From the NCBI GenBank assembly GCA_964610305.1, contig CAZSVL010000002.1, forward strand, positions 40,522 to 104,521: a DNA stretch of 64,000 nt. The letters are read 5' to 3'. The stretch's first letter is position 1. Every line of letters begins with the position of its first letter. Shown in pieces: positions 8,422-17,041 of this stretch. The translations under genes were made by a program, and so were the position numbers. Origin of the DNA: an uncultured Gammaproteobacteria bacterium. Its GTDB lineage: Bacteria; Patescibacteriota; Patescibacteriia; Magasanikbacterales; JBBTXJ01. The notes beneath the pieces are model-generated. The model was not told where the DNA came from. It searched no databases and worked only from the letters and a program-made list of their open reading frames with translations.

Positions 8422-9345
8422 ATGCGTGTATCTTTTGCCGCGCTTGCGGCAGTTCTGGTGAGTGGTCAGTACGCCTACGCTCAGACTCCGGCTCCGGCTG
8501 CAGCTGCTGAGAACAAGTACGAGATCGTCCTCGTTGATCCTACTGATGATGAAGAGATCACGGGGGGCGAGCACGATGCGTCTATTGAATTCAATGAAAA
8601 GCTGCCCTGTTTTCCGGTGACTACCAAGCCAACGGCAGGTCTGGAGGTAAGGATTGCTTTTCAGGGGAAGGATCCGCGCGCTCGTAGTGCCACGGTTGTG
8701 GCGCCCGGTGTTTGTTTGGAGCTTCCGGTAGGAGTTCATGGCATGCTGCGTGGTTGCGTGATGAGCGACGGCCATTGTCACGTGGTTCGGGACTTGGGAA
8801 AGTTCACCGTGACTCGTCTGGAAAAGCCCAAGCCGCAGAAGCGGGTTCGTCCCGGTGGCAAGAGTGGCTCTTCAAAGAAGAAGGCTGCCCTTAAGCCGCT
8901 AGAGGTTCCACTGGGAGTCAGCGGCGGCACCTGCTACGATTCGGACGTGTATGAATGCGTGGGCGCAACGGGAAAGAAGCGCTCTGGCAAGTGCAGCGCG
9001 TATGTGAAAGAGGTGATCCTCTGTCCGACCCCTGGCCGCGTCTTGCTTGCAAGTGCTGATCCTCCTGTGGATCAGGCGCAGGCTGAGCGAGACGATGCGC
9101 AGGATGCGCGGATTGACGGACAGAGTGATCGGATTGGTGACATAGAAAGGCACGTGACAAGCCGGGCTGGCAACGACGATCCTCCCGCTCAGGCCGTAGT
9201 GCCTAGTGGCACTACTGATCCGTGTGTAAGAGAACGACTCAAGAGCAGGTTTTTTGTGCCTGATAGGAAGCCGGCAGCTCGCGCAGAAGCTGCAAAGCGA
9301 GAGTGCGAGATTGCTCACCGAGAGCGGACCGGCACCTCTCATTAG
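8422..9345 (+). CDS. Secreted hypothetical protein (signal peptide, Cys pairs, Lys-rich linker)
   Basis: AAGGAG SD; signal peptide ending AYA-Q; 307 aa. Confidence 0.8.
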   Translation: MRVSFAALAAVLVSGQYAYAQTPAPAAAAENKYEIVLVDPTDDEEITGGEHDASIEFNEKLPCFPVTTKPTAGLEVRIAFQGKDPRARSATVVAPGVCLELPVGVHGMLRGCVMSDGHCHVVRDLGKFTVTRLEKPKPQKRVRPGGKSGSSKKKAALKPLEVPLGVSGGTCYDSDVYECVGATGKKRSGKCSAYVKEVILCPTPGRVLLASADPPVDQAQAERDDAQDARIDGQSDRIGDIERHVTSRAGNDDPPAQAVVPSGTTDPCVRERLKSRFFVPDRKPAARAEAAKRECEIAHRERTGTSH

Positions 9346-9497
9346 AAAGTAAGGGTAATGGGTACTGTCACGCTGTGGCGGTACCCCTCTTTACACCGCA
9401 GCCAAGGTTTGGCTTCGGTGAGCAGAGCAGGAGGAGAGCACTTTGAATTAAGCTATAGCCACAGGGTTTGCGCCCTGCAATCCGAAAGGAGTTTGAC

Positions 9498-10112
9498 ATG
9501 AGGACGTCAACACAAGCGGCGCTGTGCGCAGCGCTCCTTCTGTGCCCAGAGTTGGCACGTGCAGATGAGAGGGTCCCTCCGCATCGTATTGATGGGTTGA
9601 GAGGCCGCGCAGCAGACCAGGAAGAAGAGACGATTAGGCGTAGCTCACGTTACTATCTTTTGGGTGGTACGTGGGGTCACTTGCGACCACATCCGGGTAA
9701 AACGGAGGGGTATCGCACGTTTGGTGGCGTAGGCTTTGGCCTGACCACGCCTTTTTATCGCAGAACAGCTGAGCTAGACGTAGAGCTTAAGGTTGGGCTG
9801 AGCGAAGCGGCGAAGACGGGCCCCGTTGTGGTGGTACGTATGCGGCCTGCGCTTGAGAGTCGTTTCCAGGCAGGTGGCGTAATTCAGTACTACTGGGACA
9901 ACAAAGATCTGTTTGATCTGGTGGATCACGGCTTTGGTGTTGGTGGAAGCTTTCTGTACACGCTGACATCTCGTCACAATGCGGCAGTCATGGCGGAGAG
10001 GCTTGATGCGTCGGTCGTAGCAGATCTAACATTGGGTAAAAATCGTTCAAAGACCGTAAACAAGAACACGTGGTCGCCGGCTTTTAGTTTGGCCATGGTG
10101 TTTCGTTTCTAG
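9498..10112 (+). CDS. Secreted protein resembling a small outer-membrane beta-barrel
   Basis: AAGGAG SD; signal peptide ARA-D; amphipathic strands (GGVGFGLT, LDVELKVGL, FQAGGVIQYY, FGVGGSFLY, LDASVVADLT); C-terminus FSLAMVFRF. Confidence 0.6.
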   Translation: MRTSTQAALCAALLLCPELARADERVPPHRIDGLRGRAADQEEETIRRSSRYYLLGGTWGHLRPHPGKTEGYRTFGGVGFGLTTPFYRRTAELDVELKVGLSEAAKTGPVVVVRMRPALESRFQAGGVIQYYWDNKDLFDLVDHGFGVGGSFLYTLTSRHNAAVMAERLDASVVADLTLGKNRSKTVNKNTWSPAFSLAMVFRF

Positions 10113-10190
10113 TCCGTGTGGTGAAGTGATCTTCACCCCTTTTAAGCACATATTACTATTCATGGGCAGTAGTATATGCTTACAAGCGGA

Positions 10191-10278
10191 CGACCACGCC
10201 GTTCTGCGTGTGTGCGAGGTATGCAACCTTCCGGTTGCATTGAGCATGGGCCTCACACCACGTAGAACGGCTTGGTCG
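10191..10278 (+). ncRNA. Candidate structured RNA or 5' leader (long branched hairpin)
   Basis: cgacca/tggtcg, gccgttctgcgtg/cacgtagaacggc, gagg/cctc and atgcaacc-ttcc-ggttgcat stems. Confidence 0.45.
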
Positions 10279-10382
10279 ACGCATGAGCGTAAATTAGGCC
10301 TTTACAAAACAAAGAAGACAAGTAAGCAAGAAACCGTTTCTTGGTGCGCCGAGGAAAGCGTATCAACATGCAAGGAGTTAAC

Positions 10383-12239
10383 ATGCGAAAGCTTTTTGTT
10401 CTACTGAGCGCCTGTATTTTCAGCATTGCCTGCGAGGGTGGGTGCGGCGATAACGCCGTTCCAGGAGGAGACTACGCGATCGCTGAAGGTGAGGGAGAAG
10501 GCGAAGCCGTTGCGGAGCCCGAGCCCGATCCAGAGCCTGAGTGCGATGAGAGTACGGCGTGCGATGAAGGTTTCAGTTGCGTCTCTGGCGAGTGCCGAGA
10601 AGTAGTTGAGGTTCCGGTAAAGCCTGAGTGTACTGACGATGATCCCTGCGATGAGGGCTTCCGCTGCGAGCGGGGCCTGTGCATTGAAGAGGTTGAGCCA
10701 GAGCCACTCGGCTGCACTTCTAACGCGGATTGCCCCAATCCGGCACAGTGCGATAGGGAGTCCGGTCTGTGTGTGGAGTACCGCATTCCGGATCCGGTTG
10801 AGCCGCCGTGCCGCGGCGTGGTGAGCTGCCCGTGTTACGATAACGGAACGTGTGACGACGGCGCGCTGTGCGTGGAGTCTGACAGCTCGGATATGTGTTA
10901 CCCCGATTCTGACAACGATGGCGTTGTTGATGAAGAGGATAACTGTCCGGCGGATGCAAACGGTCCGGCTGATGTTTCCAATCAGGTGGATCTGGATGGA
11001 GACGGCGCTGGCGATGCGTGTGATGAAGACGTGGACGGGGACGATGTTCCCAATGACGTTGACACGTGTCCGCGTACGCATAACCGGGATAACGATCCTG
11101 GCGCGTGCGCTCCGGAGCCTAACTGTCGGCAGAGCGATCAGTGTAATGATGGAAACGCGTGCACGGCAGATGTCTGTACGCCGCAGGGTACCTGTGAGAA
11201 TCGCCCCGTCAATTGTGACGATGGCGTGGATTGCACGGTTGATACCTGCATTCCGGCACTCGGTTGCTCTCATGAGGAGTCGGACGATCTGTGTGGTGAT
11301 GAGCTCTCGTGTTTCTCTTTTGGAGATGAGAGCGTCTGGCTGGATTTCTTTGGTGATCAGCTTGACCTTGAGTCTGGGTGCCAGCAGTGTGCCCCTGGCT
11401 TCCTTGGTAACGAGGACCAGTGTGACGACGGGGATCTGTGTACCCGAGGATCGTGCACGGATGAAATGACCTGCGAGCAGGAGCCTTTCTGCCATGAGAA
11501 TGAGCAGTGCCTGGTTTTCGGTGAGGAGCCGGACGAGGGTGAGGAAGATGAGCGGTTCGCTGCATGCGGAACGGATCAGGATGGAGACGGCTTCTTCCGT
11601 GGTTTCCGTATTCCGCTAGATGAGCGTGACTGCAATGACTGGAATGAGGACAGTAATCCGGATGCTCCTGAGCTGTGTGATCGAACTGACAACGATTGCG
11701 ATGGCGACATTGACGAGGGGTTTGAGTTTGGTTGGTGCGAGGTGGGCGTTGGTGCCTGCCGCCGTGTTGGTCAGCTCATCTGTAGCCCGGATCGTCGTGG
11801 AACGGAGTGCTCGGTCCGCGCTTGGGATCCTGATCCTGAGGTCTGCGGAGATGACATTGACAACGACTGCGATGGCGCAGTAGATGAGAACTGCAATGAT
11901 GGTGGTGGTCCTGGTCCCAATGGTGGGACGGACACCGTGCGTGTGTGCGTTCCGGCTGATCCGGGAGGCACGTGGCAGAGCAGCATCTTTGGGGATCCGT
12001 CCGGTGGGACGGAAAACCAGAATGCAGGCGCCTGTCGCGATGAGGTGACTCAGGAGCTCAATAGGAGTTTCCTGCGCTTTAACGCACGCAAGCCGAGCGG
12101 TTCGTACTGCTGCGGTTGGCATAACAACCCGGACGATGTTCGGGATACGTGTCAGGGACTGCGCGTTTACGTTGACGGCGTTGCTCAGGAGATTGAGTGC
12201 GTCAACGAGGACGGTCAGTACAACTATCGCCTTGAGTAA
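10383..12239 (+). CDS. Cys/Asp-rich lipoprotein with thrombospondin type 3, Dictyostelium CTDC-like and MopE-like metal-binding repeats (Myxococcota-style)
   Basis: Lipobox FSIA-C; EGEGEGE; DSDNDGVVDEEDNCP; CNDGNACTADVC; DCND...[17 protein letters not shown]; AAGGAG SD. Confidence 0.85.
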   Translation: MRKLFVLLSACIFSIACEGGCGDNAVPGGDYAIAEGEGEGEAVAEPEPDPEPECDESTACDEGFSCVSGECREVVEVPVKPECTDDDPCDEGFRCERGLCIEEVEPEPLGCTSNADCPNPAQCDRESGLCVEYRIPDPVEPPCRGVVSCPCYDNGTCDDGALCVESDSSDMCYPDSDNDGVVDEEDNCPADANGPADVSNQVDLDGDGAGDACDEDVDGDDVPNDVDTCPRTHNRDNDPGACAPEPNCRQSDQCNDGNACTADVCTPQGTCENRPVNCDDGVDCTVDTCIPALGCSHEESDDLCGDELSCFSFGDESVWLDFFGDQLDLESGCQQCAPGFLGNEDQCDDGDLCTRGSCTDEMTCEQEPFCHENEQCLVFGEEPDEGEEDERFAACGTDQDGDGFFRGFRIPLDERDCNDWNEDSNPDAPELCDRTDNDCDGDIDEGFEFGWCEVGVGACRRVGQLICSPDRRGTECSVRAWDPDPEVCGDDIDNDCDGAVDENCNDGGGPGPNGGTDTVRVCVPADPGGTWQSSIFGDPSGGTENQNAGACRDEVTQELNRSFLRFNARKPSGSYCCGWHNNPDDVRDTCQGLRVYVDGVAQEIECVNEDGQYNYRLE

Positions 12240-12253
12240 GGAGAAGTAACACC

Positions 12254-12291
12254 CCGGCCCAGTGGAGTATTCCACTGTGGCCGGTTTTTTT
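12254..12291 (+). terminator. Intrinsic terminator
   Basis: ccggcc-cagtgga/tccactg-t-ggccgg followed by T7. Confidence 0.8.
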
Positions 12292-12362
12292 AAGTAGAAA
12301 GTAACAAGTAACAAAAAACGCACAGTGCGAAAAATTGTTACTTGTTACTTGTTACTTGTTAA
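12292..12362. repeat. Inverted heptamer tandem-repeat element (AAGTAAC)n ... (GTTACTT)n
   Basis: Perfect 16-bp IR at 12299-12314 / 12335-12350 around cgcacagtgcg. Confidence 0.85.
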
Positions 12363-12376
12363 TTTATAATAAGAGC

Positions 12377-13753
12377 GTGTCGCTATCAGTACGACAACTT
12401 TTGGGTATTTTAGCTCTTTGTGTTTTGGGGGCGCTTTTGGCCGTGTACGCACCGGCCTTGGTGTTTGTGTTGCTGGTTTTGGCAATGGTGGTTTGGCTTT
12501 TGTCTTTTTCTGCACACGTAGGATGGTATATCCTACTTTTTTTATATCCGCTTTTGGGGTGGAGCGTTTCTCTCTCATCATTTGATTTAACTAAAGGAAC
12601 ATTTCTTGCCTCTTTTAACGCGCCGGTTGCTGATTTTTGGGCGCTTATCTTGATAACGGCAGTAGGTATTTGGATGCTTAGAGAAGATATGCGCGGTAGA
12701 GCAGTGCCTTTGCGCGCGCCGCGAGCCATGTGGTTTGGTTTTTTTGTGCTGTCTGCGCTTGTTTCATTATTCAATGCTCCTGCCACAGAGGTTTTTGATG
12801 GCTTCAGGTTTATTATTCGTAACCTGATCTTTATTTATGTGGCCTATGTGGTTTTGCCCACAGCCGCGCTCCGTAATCAGGATCAGATAAAAAAGAGCGT
12901 TGGGGTGCTATTAAGCATGGGAGTTGTGCTTATGGGTTGGGGTATTGCTTCTTTGTTTGTGCTGCAGCCGTTTTGGGGAGTGTGGCGGCGGGTGAGCCCG
13001 TTTGGCATTGGTGGTTGGGCGCCGCTTGGACTTTTTCATAATGATTTGGCAGAAGTGATGGTGGTGATGGTGCCTTTGGCTCTGTGGTGGTATGCAAATG
13101 AAAAACGCGATCATCTAAAACGTATAGCGCTGCTTTATGTAATCTTAATGACAACGCTAACGCTGCTTACCTTTAGTAGAACCGCGTGGATTGTGCTTTT
13201 TGTACAGTTGCTTGTCTATTGGATGTTGAGCGCTCAGAAAGTCAGACAGAGAGCCGCTCGTATTATAAGTCCTGTAGCTTTGATGTTGTTGATTCCCATT
13301 GGTGCGTACATGGTATTTTTTTCTGCTTCAGACTATGTGGCGTCTTCTACTTCATCAAGATTAGACATGACGCGTATTGCTCTTATGTCTTTTGCAGAGC
13401 ATCCTTTTATTGGTAATGGCGCGGGCAGACACATAGATTTAATTGCGGGAGCAGAGGCGTTTAGGATTGTGTATGGTCCGGCTTTTGATGCTCATGGGGT
13501 TATTCAAAAATTGCTCTCTGAGCAAGGTCTTTTTGGACTGATTTCCTTTTTTGCCTTTGTGCTTTGGCTTGTTTATGATATGGTTTTTGCGTATAAGCAT
13601 CAAAGAGCAGGTTCCTATAAACAGCTTTTGTTAGCACTGTGCGCCGTGGCTATTGGAGCGGTGGTGTATCAGCTATTTAATACGCAGTACTATACGGCCA
13701 AGATGTGGGTCCCTGTAGGTTTTGCGTACGCCGCATCTAGATTAAAACATTAA
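12377..13753 (+). CDS. O-antigen ligase/polymerase-like (Wzy_C) membrane protein
   Basis: TFSRTAW, HPFIGNGAG and AH....LSEQGLFG motifs; GTG start six nt after TATAAT. Confidence 0.85.
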   Translation: MSLSVRQLLGILALCVLGALLAVYAPALVFVLLVLAMVVWLLSFSAHVGWYILLFLYPLLGWSVSLSSFDLTKGTFLASFNAPVADFWALILITAVGIWMLREDMRGRAVPLRAPRAMWFGFFVLSALVSLFNAPATEVFDGFRFIIRNLIFIYVAYVVLPTAALRNQDQIKKSVGVLLSMGVVLMGWGIASLFVLQPFWGVWRRVSPFGIGGWAPLGLFHNDLAEVMVVMVPLALWWYANEKRDHLKRIALLYVILMTTLTLLTFSRTAWIVLFVQLLVYWMLSAQKVRQRAARIISPVALMLLIPIGAYMVFFSASDYVASSTSSRLDMTRIALMSFAEHPFIGNGAGRHIDLIAGAEAFRIVYGPAFDAHGVIQKLLSEQGLFGLISFFAFVLWLVYDMVFAYKHQRAGSYKQLLLALCAVAIGAVVYQLFNTQYYTAKMWVPVGFAYAASRLKH

Positions 13754-13759
13754 CGTATC

Positions 13760-14974
13760 ATGAAAATTCTAATTGTATCGCAAGAAATTGCCATTGATCA
13801 GCCCGGAGGCAGCGGTAGGGTGGCGTGGGAACAGGCCAGAGGTTTAGCGCAAGCTGGGCATACGGTTGTACTGTGCGCTCCTATGCCGCGAAAAGGCTTA
13901 AAGAAAACCCAGAAAAGAGATGGCGTTACTATTTTTAGATATGGGAACGTAAAGCGGCGTGGGGTTTTAGGAAGATCATTTGCTGATATTGTGGATACTC
14001 CTGCTTTTATAAAAAAGACGCTTGCCGGCGCAAAGTATGACAAAATTATTGCTCATCACCCTCATGTAGCTTACGGGCTCTTGCGCGTTTCTGCGGCCAG
14101 GGCAATTCCGCTTTTATACGTATTCCATGCTTCTGCGGCAGCTGAAATAAGATATGAAGGGCTCTCCAGAAAGTCGCTTAGTAAATGGAATGAGTGGCTA
14201 CTGCGACCGGTGTACGTGCGCTGGACAGCATGGATTGAGAGATCAGTGCTCAAAAGAGCAAGAGCGGTGGCTGTTTTTTCTCATTTTTCTGCAAAGCTGC
14301 TTGAGGATTTATATGGAAGATCGGTTAAAGGGAAAACGGTAACCCGTTTGGCCATGGGTGTTGACATGAAGCGCTTTTCTGCGGCAAAATCAAAAAATGC
14401 GGTTCGCAAGAAGTTAAAGATTGATCAGAATAAGCTTGTTTTTTTAAGCGTACGCAGGCTAGTACCGCGAACGGGCGTTCATGTACTCATTGAGAGTTTT
14501 AGAATAGCGTATGACAGGCTGGGGGAGGACATAGAGCTTGTTATTGTGGGAGAGGGAAGAGAGCAGAAGCGACTAGAGAGCCTGAGCCGTTCAATAGGCC
14601 TGCGGAAAGTGGTGCGTTTTGTGGGAAGATCAAGCGATGAGCAGCTACCACTGTGGTATCAGGCAGCGGATGTGCACGTGATACCAACGGTTGCATACGA
14701 GGGATTTGGTGTATCAACTATAGAGTCTATGAGCAGCGGGGTGCCGGTTATTGGCGTGCCAACGGGCGCCATACCAGAGGTGTTGCTGTCATTTGATGAG
14801 CGGCTGCTTGCCGATGCTGCAAAGCCGCTTCCGCTGGCAGAGCGTTTGGTGTGGTTTGCAGAGGAGGGTGTGGCTGAAAAGTGGCCTGATCGATGCCGAG
14901 CATTTGTAAAAAGATTTTATAGCTGGTCTAAGCATACAGCGCAAGTAGAGGGGGTTTTGAAAGAAATAAAATAA
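13760..14974 (+). CDS. GT4 family glycosyltransferase
   Basis: MKILIVS..PGGSG; EGFGVSTIESMSSGVPVI. Confidence 0.9.
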   Translation: MKILIVSQEIAIDQPGGSGRVAWEQARGLAQAGHTVVLCAPMPRKGLKKTQKRDGVTIFRYGNVKRRGVLGRSFADIVDTPAFIKKTLAGAKYDKIIAHHPHVAYGLLRVSAARAIPLLYVFHASAAAEIRYEGLSRKSLSKWNEWLLRPVYVRWTAWIERSVLKRARAVAVFSHFSAKLLEDLYGRSVKGKTVTRLAMGVDMKRFSAAKSKNAVRKKLKIDQNKLVFLSVRRLVPRTGVHVLIESFRIAYDRLGEDIELVIVGEGREQKRLESLSRSIGLRKVVRFVGRSSDEQLPLWYQAADVHVIPTVAYEGFGVSTIESMSSGVPVIGVPTGAIPEVLLSFDERLLADAAKPLPLAERLVWFAEEGVAEKWPDRCRAFVKRFYSWSKHTAQVEGVLKEIK

Positions 14975-14980
14975 GAAGCC

Positions 14981-17041
14981 ATGAGTCTAGCGGTACTTAA
15001 TTCCTATACGCCGCACATAGAGCGCCTTTTAAAGGGCGCGATTTTGATTAATTTGGCAACTCCGTTGATTGTTTTTTTTGATATTTTGCCGTATCCCTTT
15101 GTTACCTCTAAAGTATTTTTTTTGCAGATTCTTATTTCTTTGAGCGCCTTTTTTTATGGACTACTTCTTTTTTTAGAGCCTAAGAAGTATTGGCCGCGCG
15201 TTGGGCTCTTGCATGGCGCTGTTATTTTGTATGGATGTGTGATGCTGCTATCTACTCTCTTTAGTGTAGACTCGGCCAGATCCTTGTGGGCAAATCATAC
15301 GCGCATGCTGGGGAGTTTTGCGATGCTGCATTACGGTATTTTGTTTTGGATAGTGAGTGTGCTCTATGATGAGAAATTTTCTTCTCTTTTAAGGCGTGTG
15401 CTATTAGGGGTAATTTTTGCTGTTGGTGTTTTAGCGCTTTTGGAATGGGCTGGTGTTTTATTTCCCAATAGAGAGTGGCAGCGCATTGGCAGCACCGTGG
15501 GAAGCCCATTTGGCCTTTCTCTTTTAGCGCTTTATGGCGTGGCGCTCAGTATTTTAGAATTTTATAAGAAAAAGAGGTTGTTAGCAGCAGTGCTGAGCAT
15601 TTTTTTTATTGCTCTGGTGTTTTTGACCGGAACGCGAGGAGCTGTTGTTGCAATGGTTGGCGGCGCTTTGTTTGTTGGTTTAGTGTTGGTATTGAAAAAG
15701 TCGTTGTTGAATCTTTCGCAAAAAAAAGCCGCTTTGCTTGTCGGGGCAGTATCACTTCTGTTTGTGGTCGGTCTATTTGGTGGTGTTGCAGTCTCCAAGT
15801 TGCCTGCGTTTGATACGCTCAGTAGTGCCGCAAGCATTGGATCGCGCCTTACGGCATGGGATATATCTGTTAAGGCAGCACTAAGCAAGCCGCTCCTTGG
15901 CTACGGGCCGTTTACTTTTTTGTATGCCTTTAACGAGTTTTATGACCCCGCGGCAATTAGTTTTGCTTTTGATGAAACCTGGTTTGATAATGCCCACAAC
16001 TATTTTTTTGAGCAGCTTAGCAGCATGGGAATGGTAGGATTTTTTGTGTACATAGGCATTTTTGCGCTCGCCCTATTTTATTGTTGGCGATTAGCAAAAG
16101 ACGGCAGGCAATCTTTAGCTTTGGCCTATGCCACTATTGTGGTAATGCACGCGCTTTGGTTGGTTTTTGAGTTTGAAGAAGCCAGTTCACTACTTGTTTT
16201 TGTGATAATTCTAGGCCTTCTTGCCGCATCACAGAAAAAAATGTTATCTGAGAAAAAAGTATCAAAAGCGCTTCCTCTTGTTTTAATGGTTGCCGCTCTG
16301 CTTATGGGACGATCAAGCATACGATCAGTTCAAGCAGCTGCTGCGCACCAGCAGGCACTCAATTATGCGCGCAGCGGAGAGGTGGGGGGATGGTTTGAGG
16401 CGCAAAAAAAAGCGCTCAGCAGTGCCGGACCTTACGCTCACAGTATGAGGCTAGATATGGCGCGTGTATTTTCAGAATTTGAGCTTCCGCCAGACGCATC
16501 TTCTGTGCCGCTTGTTGATGCAGTATTTACTTTTATGCGCTCGCAAATGGCGTTGTCTCAAGAGGATCGCCCTTTGGATCCGTTTGCTTATCTTTTTGAT
16601 GCCGATATTGCCCGCAGAAGGTATACTATATTTAGGGCTACGGCCGATGCTGACAGGGCTCTGCAACTTTATGAAAAAGCGCAAGAAGTCGCGCCGCGTA
16701 GGCCACAGCTTTTCTTAAGTAGTGCCTTTGCCTCTATTGATTTTAAAGAGTTTGATGAGGCAAAAAAGGAAGCGTACGCAGCTTTAGCATTAGCTCCAGA
16801 AGATGAGCGTGTGGCTAAGTTGTTGGCAGATGTTCTAGTGGGGATTTATCAAGACGGTGAGGACAAGGCTCTCTTAGAAGAAGCGCTTGGTTTGTATGAG
16901 CGTGTTTCTATTAAACGTCCACCTGGAACGTACGATGCTTTGTACAAGAGTTGGTCAACGGCGCTGCAGCTAGCCGGACAGCCAGAAAAAGCAGCTGAAA
17001 TGTTAGGCAATATTGATAATGAAAATACTACTCGTCAATAA
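14981..17041 (+). CDS. O-antigen ligase-like protein with C-terminal TPR-like region
   Basis: TGTRGA, KPLLGYGP and ETWFDNAHN motifs. Confidence 0.85.
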   Translation: MSLAVLNSYTPHIERLLKGAILINLATPLIVFFDILPYPFVTSKVFFLQILISLSAFFYGLLLFLEPKKYWPRVGLLHGAVILYGCVMLLSTLFSVDSARSLWANHTRMLGSFAMLHYGILFWIVSVLYDEKFSSLLRRVLLGVIFAVGVLALLEWAGVLFPNREWQRIGSTVGSPFGLSLLALYGVALSILEFYKKKRLLAAVLSIFFIALVFLTGTRGAVVAMVGGALFVGLVLVLKKSLLNLSQKKAALLVGAVSLLFVVGLFGGVAVSKLPAFDTLSSAASIGSRLTAWDISVKAALSKPLLGYGPFTFLYAFNEFYDPAAISFAFDETWFDNAHNYFFEQLSSMGMVGFFVYIGIFALALFYCWRLAKDGRQSLALAYATIVVMHALWLVFEFEEASSLLVFVIILGLLAASQKKMLSEKKVSKALPLVLMVAALLMGRSSIRSVQAAAAHQQALNYARSGEVGGWFEAQKKALSSAGPYAHSMRLDMARVFSEFELPPDASSVPLVDAVFTFMRSQMALSQEDRPLDPFAYLFDADIARRRYTIFRATADADRALQLYEKAQEVAPRRPQLFLSSAFASIDFKEFDEAKKEAYAALALAPEDERVAKLLADVLVGIYQDGEDKALLEEALGLYERVSIKRPPGTYDALYKSWSTALQLAGQPEKAAEMLGNIDNENTTRQ

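Noticed and set aside
10401-12323. Long antisense and alternative-frame ORFs (364, 235 and 205 aa) over the Cys-rich gene
   Set aside because: These are shadows of a GC-rich repetitive coding strand, with no start signals or protein motifs.
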